From Phoronis australis (taxonomy: Eukaryota; Animalia; Phoronida), in contig NMRA01001013.1 in NCBI GenBank assembly GCA_002633005.1, forward strand, positions 6,858 through 70,385: 63,528 bases of DNA, read 5' to 3'. Under the pieces are notes generated by a model. That model ran no database searches. It had not been told where the DNA came from and saw only the letters and a list, made by a program, of their open reading frames with translations. The translations under genes and the position numbers were made by a program. Shown here one piece after another: positions 52,901 through 63,528 of this stretch (positions within the stretch are counted from its first letter, which is position 1; each line of letters opens with the position of its first letter).

Positions 52901-55900
52901 ATCTAAGACCTAGTTGAAATTGTTGTCAATTGACGACAAGCTGCATTTTAAATGACAAGTCAGTTATGATTGACAAATTATATTTACACTTCTAAAATAT
53001 ATCACTCTTAGTACTTATTTGTAATAATGTAAAACGACATGCATTTTTTGTACACGAGTATATCATTATTAAATGGCAAAAAATAACAAAACAATACTTT
53101 CACAAAGGTTACCTTTATCATAAAAGTTATAACGGATGTAACAGTGAGTTTCCAAGCCTTGCTTAGAGTATTCACTACGCAAGATGCTCCAGGTGGGAAA
53201 ACATGCGATATCCACAGAGATGGTCACTTGACTGTGGCCGGCATCCTTCATGTCTAAAGACAGAAATGATAAATCGTAATACTTTGTGGCCAAAAAATTG
53301 GCACAAGGTTAGAAAATATTCATATCTTCCACAGTACAAATCATCTCACAAATCTACTGGCTGAACTAATGTTTTACAAGTGAAAGGCTGAAATGTTGTT
53401 GAAACAGAGGTTGGATACTTTTGACTGTATAACAATGAGAGATAGCAATCAGAATGACAGCATGTTGTAAACATTGTGCATCAAAGTATGCTGATGTATT
53501 GTTTTTCTCTGAGATTTTAACAAATGAAGCAAATGGTTCAAATTGTCACTGATAATATGTAAAACAAGTAATTGAATCCCCCTGCTGTGTGACCTTAAAC
53601 TAACCTTCAATATTAGTGTCCAGCAGACTAGCAGCAGAAGACCAGCCCACCTGACTAGCAGCTCTCAGGACCTCATCCCGGTCAGTCAGGTGAGCAAAGG
53701 TGATAGCCAGCTGCAGGCCCCCTATCACCCCGTCCAATCCCTGGATGGGGCCAGTCGCAGACGCTCTGCCATCAGTCCTGAGTTGAGCAGACATTCTGGG
53801 CTTATTTACAGGAAACCAACCATGTATTCCTAAAAGAGAAACCAGAAACTTTGACAGAAACAACTAATTTTCAACAGCCAGAGTTTGGTGTATTCATAAG
53901 TAATCAAATGTTATACAAAGCTCCTACAATTCCCAATCATTCAAGCAGTGTAAAATTTAACAAGACAAGTCAAGGCAGACCAGAGCTCAGTGAAGGTATT
54001 TACTATTGATTGAGTCTAGATTCAAACATTAGTTCTAACCTGCTTTATTGTATACTCTAACCTCAGTTCATGCAACACTCAAGACAAAGTGAGATGGAGG
54101 TATTAACTGGGTTTGACTAACAAAAGCAACGCGGACCATTAAACGTCCATGATGTGTATCGGAAATGGTGCAAAGGAAATAAGAGTTGCCCATTTCTAAA
54201 ATATATTTCCACCGCAGTTGGATCCATCCAAAAACCAACATCAGTTGTGCAAGCTCTCTTCATTAGGAGCACGCAGGACAAATTTTATGCAGATCTATCG
54301 AAGAACTTGGTAGATATAAAATTAGATGCAGCGATGTCACTAGTAGCCAAATCTGTCCGAAAATCAGCAGCAGTCGTTCTTTCTCCAATAGGAAGTTCCA
54401 TAAAAACGTGCCAGATATTGAGGCAGATGCAACAAACTAAAAGTGCCACCATGGGAATTACCCGTCTTTTAAAGTAGTTGGAATAATAATTATAATAAAA
54501 GGTCATTACAATCTAAATGATAAAAACAAACAAGCATAACCTGTTTTCTTGGATAGAAGATGAGAGAGAGGGACAGTGACAGTGCCCAAGAGAACATCAC
54601 CACTGTATTGACCACTCCTAGCTGGGTAATCATCTAAAAAAAAAGAGGAAAATAATTTAAAATGCTTTTCTACCAATGACTGGAGTATCTTGTACACACT
54701 AAAACGATATTCACAAGGCAAAATAAGATCATATATGCTTAAAACTTTTTTTCATCTTACACTAAGCTAATTACAGAAAACATGAGAGCCACAGCAAATC
54801 ACCTGACAAAAATGTTGCCACTTTGTGCCATAGTTCAAACGTGATGTCACCATCTTCCAGAATTTCCGCCAAGCTGGTATTGCTATCACCGTCGACCCAC
54901 ACCAGGGGGCAGGGGAAGTCCATGTGGTCCCCAAGCTCAGGTGCGAATGTACGCACAATCGTCCTACTGGTCCTACAGTCCTGCTAACACAGTCGTTACA
55001 TTTCAAACAGAATACAATTACCACAGAGAGGCAGTAAACAATGAATACAGTGTATCGGTTCTGTCCATTCTAAGACAACCAACTGCTCCAGTGATTAGAA
55101 GCTCAAGATCTTAATCCTAGTTACAAATTTAAACATAAAACATTGAGGACTATGTAAGAATTATTAGCCTTCTAACACATTATGTTAATAACATCAAGTG
55201 ACCTACACCTAAGTCTAAAAAGATCTCTGTCCCGACCCGGGCTTAAACCCGGGACTTTCTACTAACTGTGCAGACGGCCTAGTCCATTGAGCTATTGGGA
55301 CTACCGGTTGATTATGACTTTTGTAATCGATCACTTAGCAAAAAGACCCGGGTTCGAGTCCAGGTCAGGATAGAGATCTTTTCAGACTCAACTACAGGTC
55401 ACGTGATGTGACCAATCTATGGTGTTTATGAAGACTTATAATTCTTACTTATACCATATCAAGATACTGATTTATAACATCACAGTTATATACAGTGAGG
55501 ACTGTTTCACTGATTAGGAAAAAGAAAGACACTTCATAGAGGTTTCAGGAACGATAGCTCAGCATGAGAGTGGTAAAACCCATCACGTTCTGATCATTCA
55601 TTAAAGTGGAACTTGCATGCTAATTCCTTATCTCTGTGATTGCTTGGTCAAACTTGTAAGAGACACAAGATTTAGGAAAGACGTGAATGTTACCAAATGT
55701 TTTTAAGAACGAGTTTTGGGTCGAAAATGATCCACCTTGAAACACTCAACCATGTCCAGTAACTATCGTGACCTGGTGATGGAAAATAACACTGCATGAT
55801 GCGGGCTATGTGAGTCCCCAAGGAACGTCATTAGTGCAAAGGGCAACTATTTGCAGATTTTTTTGTTCTCACATTTTCAAATTGTCAGTAAAAACAACTG

Positions 55901-58900
55901 CACTTTGTTTAGCATAGATCATGTTGAGATAGCATTGTTGCTTAGTTCCTGCTATAAATGAGCATAGTTAGGAGCATGCAAATACATTCTTTAAAATGAT
56001 TAAGTACTAGAACACTGAGCGCTCTTGATAATTCAGGAAACCACGATAAAGTATGTTTCTAGACATCACACACATTGAATTACAGATTATCTGAGGCACA
56101 AAAGAAAAAGTATCCAGCATCCATTTAAACTATTGACACGGCTGGTTTACCTTGTCACTCATGAATGATGGCTTGACCACAACATACACATCTACACCCA
56201 CTTCAGCAGGATATTGCATTTTGCTGTCATACTTAGCCAAGTAGTCTGCAGCTGTCTGAAAGAGATATTAGAATGTAACATGTAGACTGACAGACTTAAC
56301 CCCCTCACGCTGCCACCAAGCCCCAGTCACACTGTCATCAAGCCCCAGTCACACTGTCATCAAGCCCTAGTCACATTGCCATCAAACCTCATTCACACTG
56401 TCATCAAGCCTCATTCACACTGCCATCAAGCCCCAGTCACACTGTCATCAAGCCCCAGTCACACTGTCATCAAGCCCCAATCACACTGACATCAATGATT
56501 TCGTTATGGTGACATATTTCTGACCAATAAGAGTGCACATAAACACAAAGTAAAGACTAAAAACCAGAATACCTGGTTCAATAATCTCAAAGTGTGATTA
56601 CACTGGGTAGTAAACAAGAGCTTACCTTCAAACCAGATGCTCTGATCATATTGACTGACAGGCATACTTGCGATGACACGCCTCCTTGTACTGCTTCAGA
56701 GACTGACAGAGTAGTTCTCTGAAGTGTCTTTTTATAGCATATGGTCACATCCAGTATTCCTGCATCCTGAACCTGACACATAAACAAGCTTTCCTTAATA
56801 AATATATAAAACACAAACACCATAAATAATATCTCCTGTCTTGCTTCTGTAGTGAATTAAGATAGACTCTGTGTTATTTAAACATACAATTGAGAACCTC
56901 TTTTTTCTTCACACAACTAAAGTCTATTACACCTTCCAACACCATTCAAGATTAAAGTAAACACAAGTTAGTTTTTAAATGTCAAATGACATACATATAA
57001 ATGTCTGATATTGAGCCAAAAATGACAATGCATGCTGCTACTGGCCTCAAACAGAATCATGAAGATATCAACCAACAAACCTCATCAAACTGCCTTGAGG
57101 AGGCGCTCCCTTCAATGACATGGCTGAGCGTGAGAGGAAATGACTGAATAGTGGACTCTGTGCCACTCTGTAGAGTCACCATGGCGCACAACTTGGCAAG
57201 AGGTAAGGTAGCCTGGAATAAAGTGTGAACATATCACTAACAGTCATGAGACAGGGAGATATTTAGGGCTTACGGAAGAAATGTCAGTCTGAGGCCAGGC
57301 TCACTAAGTTGGGATACAGAAAAGAGCTTGGCTAGAAAGAGGCTGGTTTTGTGACTGAATGCTAGGATTTAAAATGAGGAAATATTACAATAATACATGA
57401 CTTTTCACATCTCTCACCTTAGACAGCACCTGTTCTCGTATATTGGGGTGATAGTAGCGGACCCATACTTCGAATGGAATACCCGAGACACCTCCAACAA
57501 CACTTGAACAAGCTAAAAAACAATGTAAAGTGGGTATGACATAACACTTATAAGGTGCGAAATAGCTATTAGTAATTAGAATTTATTTTACCACTTGCTG
57601 ATGGGCAAAAACATATGAATAAAACTAAATAGGGTGCAACCAGGACATAGTTTGGCTGTAGTCAGCAGGTCTGTGGTGAACAAACCTGCAAAGATCCACT
57701 TAGAATGAAACAGTATGTTATACAAAACGTTGAGACAACGATAATGGAATAACACACTCATGCACAACACTGAATACTGTTTGTACAACAGTATATGGAC
57801 AAGATTCATCTGACCTGAGTCAACATGTGAAGCACTTCAGAACCTATCACTTATCTAAAGGCAGACTGAAGCAAATAGATCCAACAAAATACCAAGTCGT
57901 TCATTTAGAGTCACAGAAGTGATACTGAAAGCTGTTACATTACAATAGCAATAGCTCCATGCCAGCATATTGCAGTTCTACTGACCACAAATTTCAAATG
58001 AACCTAGTTGACTGTATAACTCTGTTGTGAAATAAACCAAGACCTGCTTAGTCTTAGGTTTAAAGTTGTATACAACCTTATGCGTACAACTTGGTTATGG
58101 AGTTGAACATGGAATGAAAGAGAAAGAGACATTTATTTGAATATGACAAGTTAAATGTAAAATAGAGAGAGCTGAATACACCGTAGTAAACATGATATTA
58201 CAGGCGACTCTTGGGAAGACGGTACAACCCCAAATCCACCTCAAAACAGTAAACACATCAACATCACTTAATCTCATTTACAAAATTTAAATATGGCATG
58301 ATACCATTATCATCTGATATGGTTTTCAGAAAGCAAAGTACAGATTTATGGCCAGTTCGTGGTATTGCTAACATACACGAGTGTATGCTTTATTACAGTC
58401 TCACTCACCTGACAGCATCTGTCTCTCTGGACAGTATATCACAATCTCACTCACCAGACAGTATCTGTCTCTAGACAGGTATATTACAGACTCACTCACC
58501 AGACAGTATCTGCCTCTGGACAGATATATTACAGCCTCACTCACCAGACAGTATCTGCCTCTGGACAGGTATATTACAGCCTCACTCACCAGACAGTATC
58601 TGTCTCTAGACAGATATATTACAGCCTCATTCACCAGACAGTATCGGTCTCTAGACAGGTATATTACAGCCTGACTCACCAGAAAGTATCTCTCTCTGGA
58701 CAAGTATATTGCAGCCTCACTCACCAGACAGTATCTGTCTCTGGACAGGTATATTACAGCCTCACTCACCAGACAGTATCTGCCTCTGGACAGGTATATT
58801 ACAGCCTCACTCACCAGACAGTATCTCTCTCTGGACAGGTATAGCACTTGGCAGACTAATCTTGATCTTCTTCACGTCATTAACAGTTGGATCTGGCACA

Positions 58901-61900
58901 CATAGTGTAGTGGCTGTCTTGTGCGCCTCCAGCTTGATGGGCACTGCAAATTAACGGTCAATGTCATATTAAATAAACATAAATAACAATTAGAATGATT
59001 TAAATGAGTCAATCATTTCCTGTGATAATGAAGGTAACAACATCTCCAGTAGTTTGTGTTACGAGTTGTACTACAGAAATTTAAAGAGTGCTACTTCTGT
59101 GTCACTTTATGTAACACATACTCACAAGAAAATGGTTGAATATGAAAATACATCGCTCTTCAATGAGAAAGTAACAACTGTTTACATCTTACCATATTTA
59201 ACAGGAAAACCGCTCCTTTTCTCAGCCTGTTGCATTGGGAAATGGTATTGCACATAAAAGTCTGCTTCACCCCAGATCATGTCCTCACGTAATTTGAGTC
59301 CTCGTATTCCTTCGATGACAATATCAAAACAATGTGCCACCTTGTCTGTACTGACCAATAACTGACCCGATGACTCTCTCCTACAAAACAGCAACTTGAG
59401 AATACCACAAAACATGGGAAACAAGGAATCTCAACAAACAAGAAGAAACCAATTGAAAGAAGTTTTGAAGTAAACAAAGATTCCATCAACTTCACTGGCA
59501 CTACATTGTCAAGGAGTTAGTAATTGATTTACTGCAAAAATCCTCCTGGCCAGTATTTGCGCTAATGTTGCATCACCCACCCACCCACTCACCCACCCAC
59601 CCCTATGTTCAGTCACCACAATACTATTAAACAATACAATATCAACAGATTACATTCACACAACACTGGGTTGCCTGGAATTCATCCTTTGACAATAACA
59701 ACACTAACCACGTAATTTTCCCCTTAGCAATAAACCTACTTGGAATCACTCCTTGACACATCAGGTTCGTAACTAGTTGGTTCACCTTTCAGCTTTTGCA
59801 GTGATGCCACCTTTAAGATCAAAAGTTAAAAAATAAGAACAAAGATAAGCTATAGACAATGTCGCAGAACACATATTGTAAGTTTAGATACATTTACGTA
59901 CACCCTCTGTCAACAGTCTACTGGGGATTTCAGAAACCTCCATTTTTCCCCGAGTGATTTTGTGTCCAAAAATCCCCCCCAGGTGTTCGTTCAGAAAAAA
60001 GTTGTGAAGTTAGTTTGGAAAAGTGACGTTGACCATGCGATTTAAACCTACATTACCATTACAAGAGGGAAAATTCCCTTGTCATCTTCTTGGTCAATAT
60101 AAGGAAAACCTGGGAACACCTCAGTTGACAAGTGATCAATCTGAAACATTCTAAGGGTTTTTTAAGAACTAAAAATCAAAAAACTAATTACGTCTTGCCC
60201 ACAGTCTGCAGACATGTGCCAGAAAGGCAAAAAATCAGAAAGAGTTCTATGAGACCTCTTCCTTGGTAAAGGTTGCAAGATTCCCAGTGCACATTCACCC
60301 TACCTGTTGGCTCGACCCCATAGCCAGTAACACCTGTAATCTACCAGTCTCCTGTCCAGTGAAGGGGTTGGTGATGGGTATACAACCGTCCAGGCCGATC
60401 ACTGGATACTGGAAGACAGGGGATCACTTGTTGAAGTACAATCAGTTGGATACGTAAGAGCAACAAGAGGTTAAATTACAATTGTTAGGAATGGGTCTGG
60501 AAATATATCCAGCCCCGGCGTGTGCTCCATCAGAGACCAGAGCCCGCAAGAAGCAGATGCCATGTTGGGTACCCAGTACCACAAAATGTCCAAAACTGGT
60601 CTACCTCTCCATCAAATTTCTACTACGTGATTCCAACCACGTAACTTATTTACATGGATTTTTAGTCATTAGACCCCTCCACTTAACCATGAATTGACAA
60701 TAAAGAAAAGACAGGCTCTACAATACAATGACTACGAATAGTTAATACATACTTGGGACTTCAACAAAGCTTTTGCAATATCACCATCTCTGTAAGACAT
60801 GTAGAACTGATGTGTTGATATCTTGGCCACCCCGATGAGAAAATCAGCTGTGTGTGTCGACCTCTTGTCCCACACTTCAATAACCATCAAGTTATTCTTG
60901 AGTCTGTCTAGTAATGGTTGGCTCAGCATTACAGGAGATGTCTGGTAATGTAAAGTAGAACATAGCTCAACATTACATGTCTTGTTATGTCAAGTAAACA
61001 TGGTTGCTCAGCATTGTCAAAATTATCGCAATAGCGCATGAATTTGACAATACCTGTAGCCAAATGTTGAGTGAGTTGTCGCATGGGTGACAAGCAAGGC
61101 AAACTTTACCGATTGAATGTCAGAGCAGTGAACACATAACGTCTAGAAAATGTTCACTCATTCAGTGGAATTCCAGGTAAGAATCTGGTAGGTTAAAAAT
61201 GAGTTTCCTAGATACAGTTGACGTTCCAAGTATCAGCAAATCAAAAAGTGGACCAGGGTTTTACTAATTCATTAATTTGTAAAATTGAAAATTTCACCAA
61301 TTGATCTTTCAAATATGACACACAGTGAAGTCAGTGCTCCAGTGGATGTAAGAAATGCATGGTTTCATGCTCACGATAAAATACTTCTAGCACCATAAAT
61401 TCCGTTAGAAAAGACCATGGTCAGATTTGGAGGGAAATCCAGTGCACAAGCTGGTATCATTAAGTAAATGTACAAGGCAACCTCACATGGAAATTTACAA
61501 ACAATGGTTGGCTCAACATCACAGTGATGTCTGGTATGAACATTTAACATGATGACTGATAATGTAAAGCATGGTCGACTCAACATCAAAAACATTGCAA
61601 GACAACAAAACACAGTTATGTTCTGATTAGCTTCTAATCAAGGCAAGTTGATGAAGCTAAACTACTGATGAGTCACTTACTAGTACAAAAGAAAATGTGG
61701 GGTTACTAGTCGTCCAGCAGACATCTGAAGTCACTTCATCACCACTCCAGAATAAACGACACACTAAGTATGTGTTGGGTGTACTGGGGCCAGCCTCAGT
61801 GGACACTGAAAGGAAAAGATGGAGTCAACCTTGTGAATTCAATGTTGTGATTATTCTAATGAGGACATGTCTGAGTACTTTGCTGTCAGCAAACGGAAAT

Positions 61901-62423
61901 GACGTGAAACAAATGATACTTGTAAACAGAGACCCCAATGAACATACAGTGATACTGGTGAACAGGGTTCACAACGAACATACCATGATACTGGTGAAAA
62001 GAGTTCAGTCAACATATAGTGATACTGGTGAACAGAGTTCATTTAGCATACAGTGGTACTGGTGAACATAGTTCACAACGAACATACCATGATACTGGTG
62101 AAAAGAGTTCAGTCAACATATAGTGATACTGGTGAACAGAGTTCATTTAGCATACAGTGGTACTGGTGAACAAACAGTGATAATAGTGAACAGTGATACT
62201 GGTGAACAGAGTTCACAACGAACATACCATGATACTGGTGAAAAGAGTTCAGTCAACATATAGTGATACTGGTGAACAGAGTTCATTTAGCATACAGTGG
62301 TACTGGTGAACATAGTTCAGTTAGCATAGAGTGATCCTGATGAATAGAGTTCACAGTCAACATACCGTTCTTAATGTTGAAGCCAGCAGGGATCATAACC
62401 AAGGTATACAAGGGTGGCCAATC
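34807..62423 (-). CDS. C2CD3: C2 domain-containing protein 3 (centriole distal-end/ciliogenesis protein), 3' portion; 5' part outside window
   Basis: Phase-consistent exon chain with C2CD3-type motifs [74 protein letters not shown] and C-terminal IAKVF. Confidence 0.92.
35045..35298 (+). mobile_element. tRNA-derived SINE with T-rich tail and ~11-bp TSD
   Basis: A box TGGCCTGGTTG, B box GGTTCCAGTC; TTCACTCAATG on both sides. Confidence 0.8.
35782..35869 (-). CDS. C2CD3: C2CD3 penultimate exon ([16 protein letters not shown])
   Basis: tttcag / gtaaaa boundaries; resembles the conserved NFF.P...LE.S motif. Confidence 0.8.
36540..36805 (-). mobile_element. Degenerate tRNA-derived SINE
   Basis: On - strand: TGGGTCAGTGG (A box) ... 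GGTTCAAATCC (B box), then a non-tRNA body; 3' boundary approximate. Confidence 0.55.
36889..38373 (-). CDS. C2CD3: C2CD3 large acidic/low-complexity exon with internal repeats
   Basis: ~1.5 kb open frame; ttttag acceptor phase 2; CG|gtacag donor phase 2. Confidence 0.8.
38778..39070. repeat. ~40-bp degenerate minisatellite in C2CD3 intron
   Basis: TTGTACACATAGCAGGTCTTATTCAG...CCTCACTACA variants, ~7 units. Confidence 0.85.
39584..39801 (-). CDS. C2CD3: C2CD3 exon (EAVPSY...FPSHL...LHRNV)
   Basis: atgcag / gtgagt boundaries; phase 0-2 fits the next exon. Confidence 0.72.
40289..40354 (-). CDS. C2CD3: C2CD3 small exon (LSVKPV...); 3' end uncertain (40325 or 40289)
   Basis: ttgtag acceptor; two in-frame candidate donors, GAA|gtgagt and ACG|gtacag. 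Confidence 0.65.
40912..41039 (-). CDS. C2CD3: C2CD3 exon ([12 protein letters not shown]...GWYNVMDF); truncated duplicate at 47465-47562
   Basis: tttcag / gtaagt boundaries. Confidence 0.9.
41423..41471 (-). CDS. C2CD3: C2CD3 exon (NLMFKVWHQ); duplicate at 47942-47990
   Basis: ctacag / gtgag boundaries. Confidence 0.83.
41649..41802 (-). CDS. C2CD3: C2CD3 exon (PNSCVSYQ...CDPVW); duplicate at 48168-48321
   Basis: tttcag / gtgaag boundaries. Confidence 0.83.
42095..42756. mobile_element. Kolobok-like fold-back MITE at TTAA (duplicate copy 48614-49323)
   Basis: TTAA|GGTTATCTA...TAGATAAC(C)|TTAA; imperfect inverted arms of more than 200 bp. Confidence 0.8.
42817..43073 (-). CDS. C2CD3: C2CD3 exon (...[13 protein letters not shown]); duplicate at 49384-49640
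   Basis: ttacag / gtaagt boundaries. Confidence 0.85.
43730..43829 (-). CDS. C2CD3: C2CD3 exon ([10 protein letters not shown]); duplicate at 50319-50418
   Basis: ctacag / gtagtg boundaries. Confidence 0.85.
44181..44336 (-). CDS. C2CD3: C2CD3 exon ([12 protein letters not shown]...IGSAYV); duplicate at 51571-51726
   Basis: atcag / gtagtt boundaries, phase 2-2. Confidence 0.87.
44421..47463. repeat. 25-bp satellite, ~120 apparently identical copies
   Basis: TGTACCCCAGCCTGACTTTGTGATA repeated up to the N at 47464; short and degenerate continuation at 51811-52118. Confidence 0.98.
47465..51919. other. Overlap duplicate of 40942-~44528 repeating six C2CD3 exons (probable second haplotype)
   Basis: Bounded by Ns at 47464 and 51920; starts mid-exon; few-percent divergence plus solo LTR. 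Confidence 0.85.
50517..51312 (+). mobile_element. Solo LTR (796 bp), 5-bp TSD GAACT, polymorphic
   Basis: TGTCA...TGACA ends; GAACT at 50512-50516 and 51313-51317; TATAAA 50853; AATAAA 51206; empty site at ~43923. Confidence 0.9.
52165..52276 (-). CDS. C2CD3: C2CD3 exon (GAVCSKL...SPAFFW)
   Basis: tttag / gtaagt boundaries, phase 1-2. Confidence 0.85.
53113..53253 (-). CDS. C2CD3: C2CD3 exon ([10 protein letters not shown])
   Basis: ctttag / gtaac boundaries. Confidence 0.87.
53605..53829 (-). CDS. C2CD3: C2CD3 exon (GIHGWFPV...[11 protein letters not shown])
   Basis: ttttag / gttagt boundaries. Confidence 0.88.
54541..54633 (-). CDS. C2CD3: C2CD3 exon ([15 protein letters not shown])
   Basis: ttttag / gttatg boundaries. 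Confidence 0.87.
54803..54980 (-). CDS. C2CD3: C2CD3 exon (RTFAPE...SLAEILE...FELWH)
   Basis: gcag / gtgatt boundaries. Confidence 0.87.
55191..55409. mobile_element. Inverted (head-to-head) dimer of tRNA-derived sequences
   Basis: Minus arm has a cloverleaf-like 73-mer (55301-55229); plus arm keeps B box GGTTCGAGTCC; both share GATCTTTT and a downstream tail. Confidence 0.65.
56151..56255 (-). CDS. C2CD3: C2CD3 exon ([13 protein letters not shown])
   Basis: tttcag / gtaaac boundaries. Confidence 0.87.
56305..56495. repeat. 22-bp minisatellite x~8
   Basis: CCCCAGTCACACTGTCATCAAG variants. Confidence 0.9.
56626..56772 (-). CDS. C2CD3: C2CD3 exon (DAGILDV...IRASGLK)
   Basis: gtcag / gtaag boundaries. 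Confidence 0.87.
57081..57212 (-). CDS. C2CD3: C2CD3 exon ([15 protein letters not shown])
   Basis: ttccag / gtttgt boundaries. Confidence 0.87.
57418..57512 (-). CDS. C2CD3: C2CD3 exon ([17 protein letters not shown])
   Basis: ttttag / gtgag boundaries. Confidence 0.9.
58392..58843. repeat. 45-bp minisatellite x~10 containing a C2CD3 exon end and splice donor
   Basis: CTCACTCACCAGACAGTATCTGYCTCTGGACAGGTATATTACAGC. Confidence 0.93.
58815..58943 (-). CDS. C2CD3: C2CD3 exon ([10 protein letters not shown]...PVQREILS); duplicate at 62719-62847
   Basis: ttgcag acceptor, G|gtgagt donor. Confidence 0.88.
59193..59380 (-). CDS. C2CD3: C2CD3 exon ([13 protein letters not shown]); duplicate at 63097-63284
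   Basis: ttgtag / gtaag boundaries. Confidence 0.9.
59740..59810 (-). CDS. C2CD3: C2CD3 exon (VASLQKLK...)
   Basis: aag acceptor, gtaggt donor, phase 0-2 matches neighbours. Confidence 0.8.
60304..60408 (-). CDS. C2CD3: C2CD3 exon (YPVIGLDG...LLAMGSSQQ)
   Basis: ttccag / gtaggg boundaries. Confidence 0.9.
60753..60941 (-). CDS. C2CD3: C2CD3 exon ([16 protein letters not shown]...HQFYMSY)
   Basis: accag / gtatgt boundaries; 63 codons. Confidence 0.9.
61681..61805 (-). CDS. C2CD3: C2CD3 exon ([22 protein letters not shown])
   Basis: tttcag / gtaagt boundaries. Confidence 0.88.
61912..62367. repeat. ~33-36-bp minisatellite with three-unit higher-order structure
   Basis: GTGATACTGGTGAACAGAGTTCA...CATA variants cycling in a fixed order. 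Confidence 0.88.
62366..62423 (-). CDS. C2CD3: C2CD3 exon ([19 protein letters not shown])
   Basis: ttccag acceptor, G|gtatgt donor. Confidence 0.75.
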
Positions 62424-62547
62424 CTGGAAAATAAACAATGGCACCAACCTGGTACAAAAATTAATTACGAAGGTACACCATACACACAAATGAAACAGTA
62501 ATAGAGTGAACCATACATGGAGAGCATGGTGACTAACACCAGTAATN

Positions 62548-63528
62548 TCGGTCTCTAGACAGGTATATTACAGCCTGACTCACCAGAAAGTATCTCTCTC
62601 TGGACAAGTATATTGCAGCCTCACTCACCAGACAGTATCTGTCTCTGGACAGGTATATTACAGCCTCACTCACCAGACAGTATCTGCCTCTGGACAGGTA
62701 TATTACAGCCTCACTCACCAGACAGTATCTCTCTCTGGACAGGTATAGCACTTGGCAGACTAATCTTGATCTTCTTCACGTCATTAACAGTTGGATCTGG
62801 CACACATAGTGTAGTGGCTGTCTTGTGCGCCTCCAGCTTGATGGGCACTGCAAATTAACGGTCAATGTCATATTAAATAAACATAAATAACAATTAGAAT
62901 GATTTAAATGAGTCAATCATTTCCTGTGATAATGAAGGTAACAACATCTCCAGTAGTTTGTGTTACGAGTTGTACTACAGAAATTTAAAGAGTGCTACTT
63001 CTGTGTCACTTTATGTAACACATACTCACAAGAAAATGGTTGAATATGAAAATACATCGCTCTTCAATGAGAAAGTAACAACTGTTTACATCTTACCATA
63101 TTTAACAGGAAAACCGCTCCTTTTCTCAGCCTGTTGCATTGGGAAATGGTATTGCACATAAAAGTCTGCTTCACCCCAGATCATGTCCTCACGTAATTTG
63201 AGTCCTCGTATTCCTTCGATGACAATATCAAAACAATGTGCCACCTTGTCTGTACTGACCAATAACTGACCCGATGACTCTCTCCTACAAAACAGCAACT
63301 TGAGAATACCACAAAACATGGGAAACAAGGAATCTCAACAAACAAGAAGAAACCAATTGAAAGAAGTTTTGAAGTAAACAAAGATTCCATCAACTTCACT
63401 GGCACTACATTGTCAAGGAGTTAGTAATTGATTTACTGCAAAAATCCTCCTGGCCAGTATTTGCGCTAATGTTGCATCACCCACCCACCCACTCACCCAC
63501 CCACCCCTATGTTCAGTCACCACAATAC
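62548..63528. other. Overlap duplicate of 58644-59624
   Basis: Starts at N 62547; constant offset 3904; identical ORF translations. Confidence 0.9.

Noticed and set aside
55229-55301. Functional tRNA gene
   Set aside because: Acceptor-stem mismatch, poor D stem, no U33 and altered T loop; treated as a tRNA-derived repeat.
61666-61710. CTGATGAG suggesting a hammerhead ribozyme core
   Set aside because: No properly placed GAAA or flanking stems; it overlaps a C2CD3 splice donor on the other strand.
62548-63528. Second C2CD3 paralogue at the window end
   Set aside because: Apparently identical to 58644-59624 and begins at an N; contig overlap.

Overview
Animal (bilaterian invertebrate-type) nuclear DNA with spliceosomal introns and four recognisable genes. 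RHBDD1/RHBDL4 rhomboid protease (- strand, 5 coding exons, 2586-5966) is head-to-head with ANKRD39 (+ strand, 3 coding exons, 9232-11412). A PP2C/PPM phosphatase of the Ptc2/Ptc3/T23F11.1 type (+ strand, 6 coding exons, 24688-32474) converges on the 3' part of the centriolar gene C2CD3 (- strand, about 27 exons traced from 62423 down to the stop at 34807; its 5' part lies beyond the window). Several N joints are flanked by near-identical overlapping blocks, best explained as uncollapsed haplotypes; these expose filled and empty sites for several insertions. Introns carry many unrelated 22-45 bp minisatellites, MITEs (Harbinger-, Kolobok-, Chapaev-like and a 5-bp-TSD group), tRNA-derived SINEs and a solo LTR. 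The most notable observations are a solo LTR with a heat-shock-element cluster upstream of its TATA box, a double perfect palindrome resembling a hairpin-repair footprint, a minisatellite that multiplies a C2CD3 splice donor about ten times, a PYPE heptad array in the RHBDL4 tail, and a probable GC-AG intron in ANKRD39. The three ~1000-aa ORFs are satellite read-through. Gene identities rest on motifs recognised by eye; no database searches were run.
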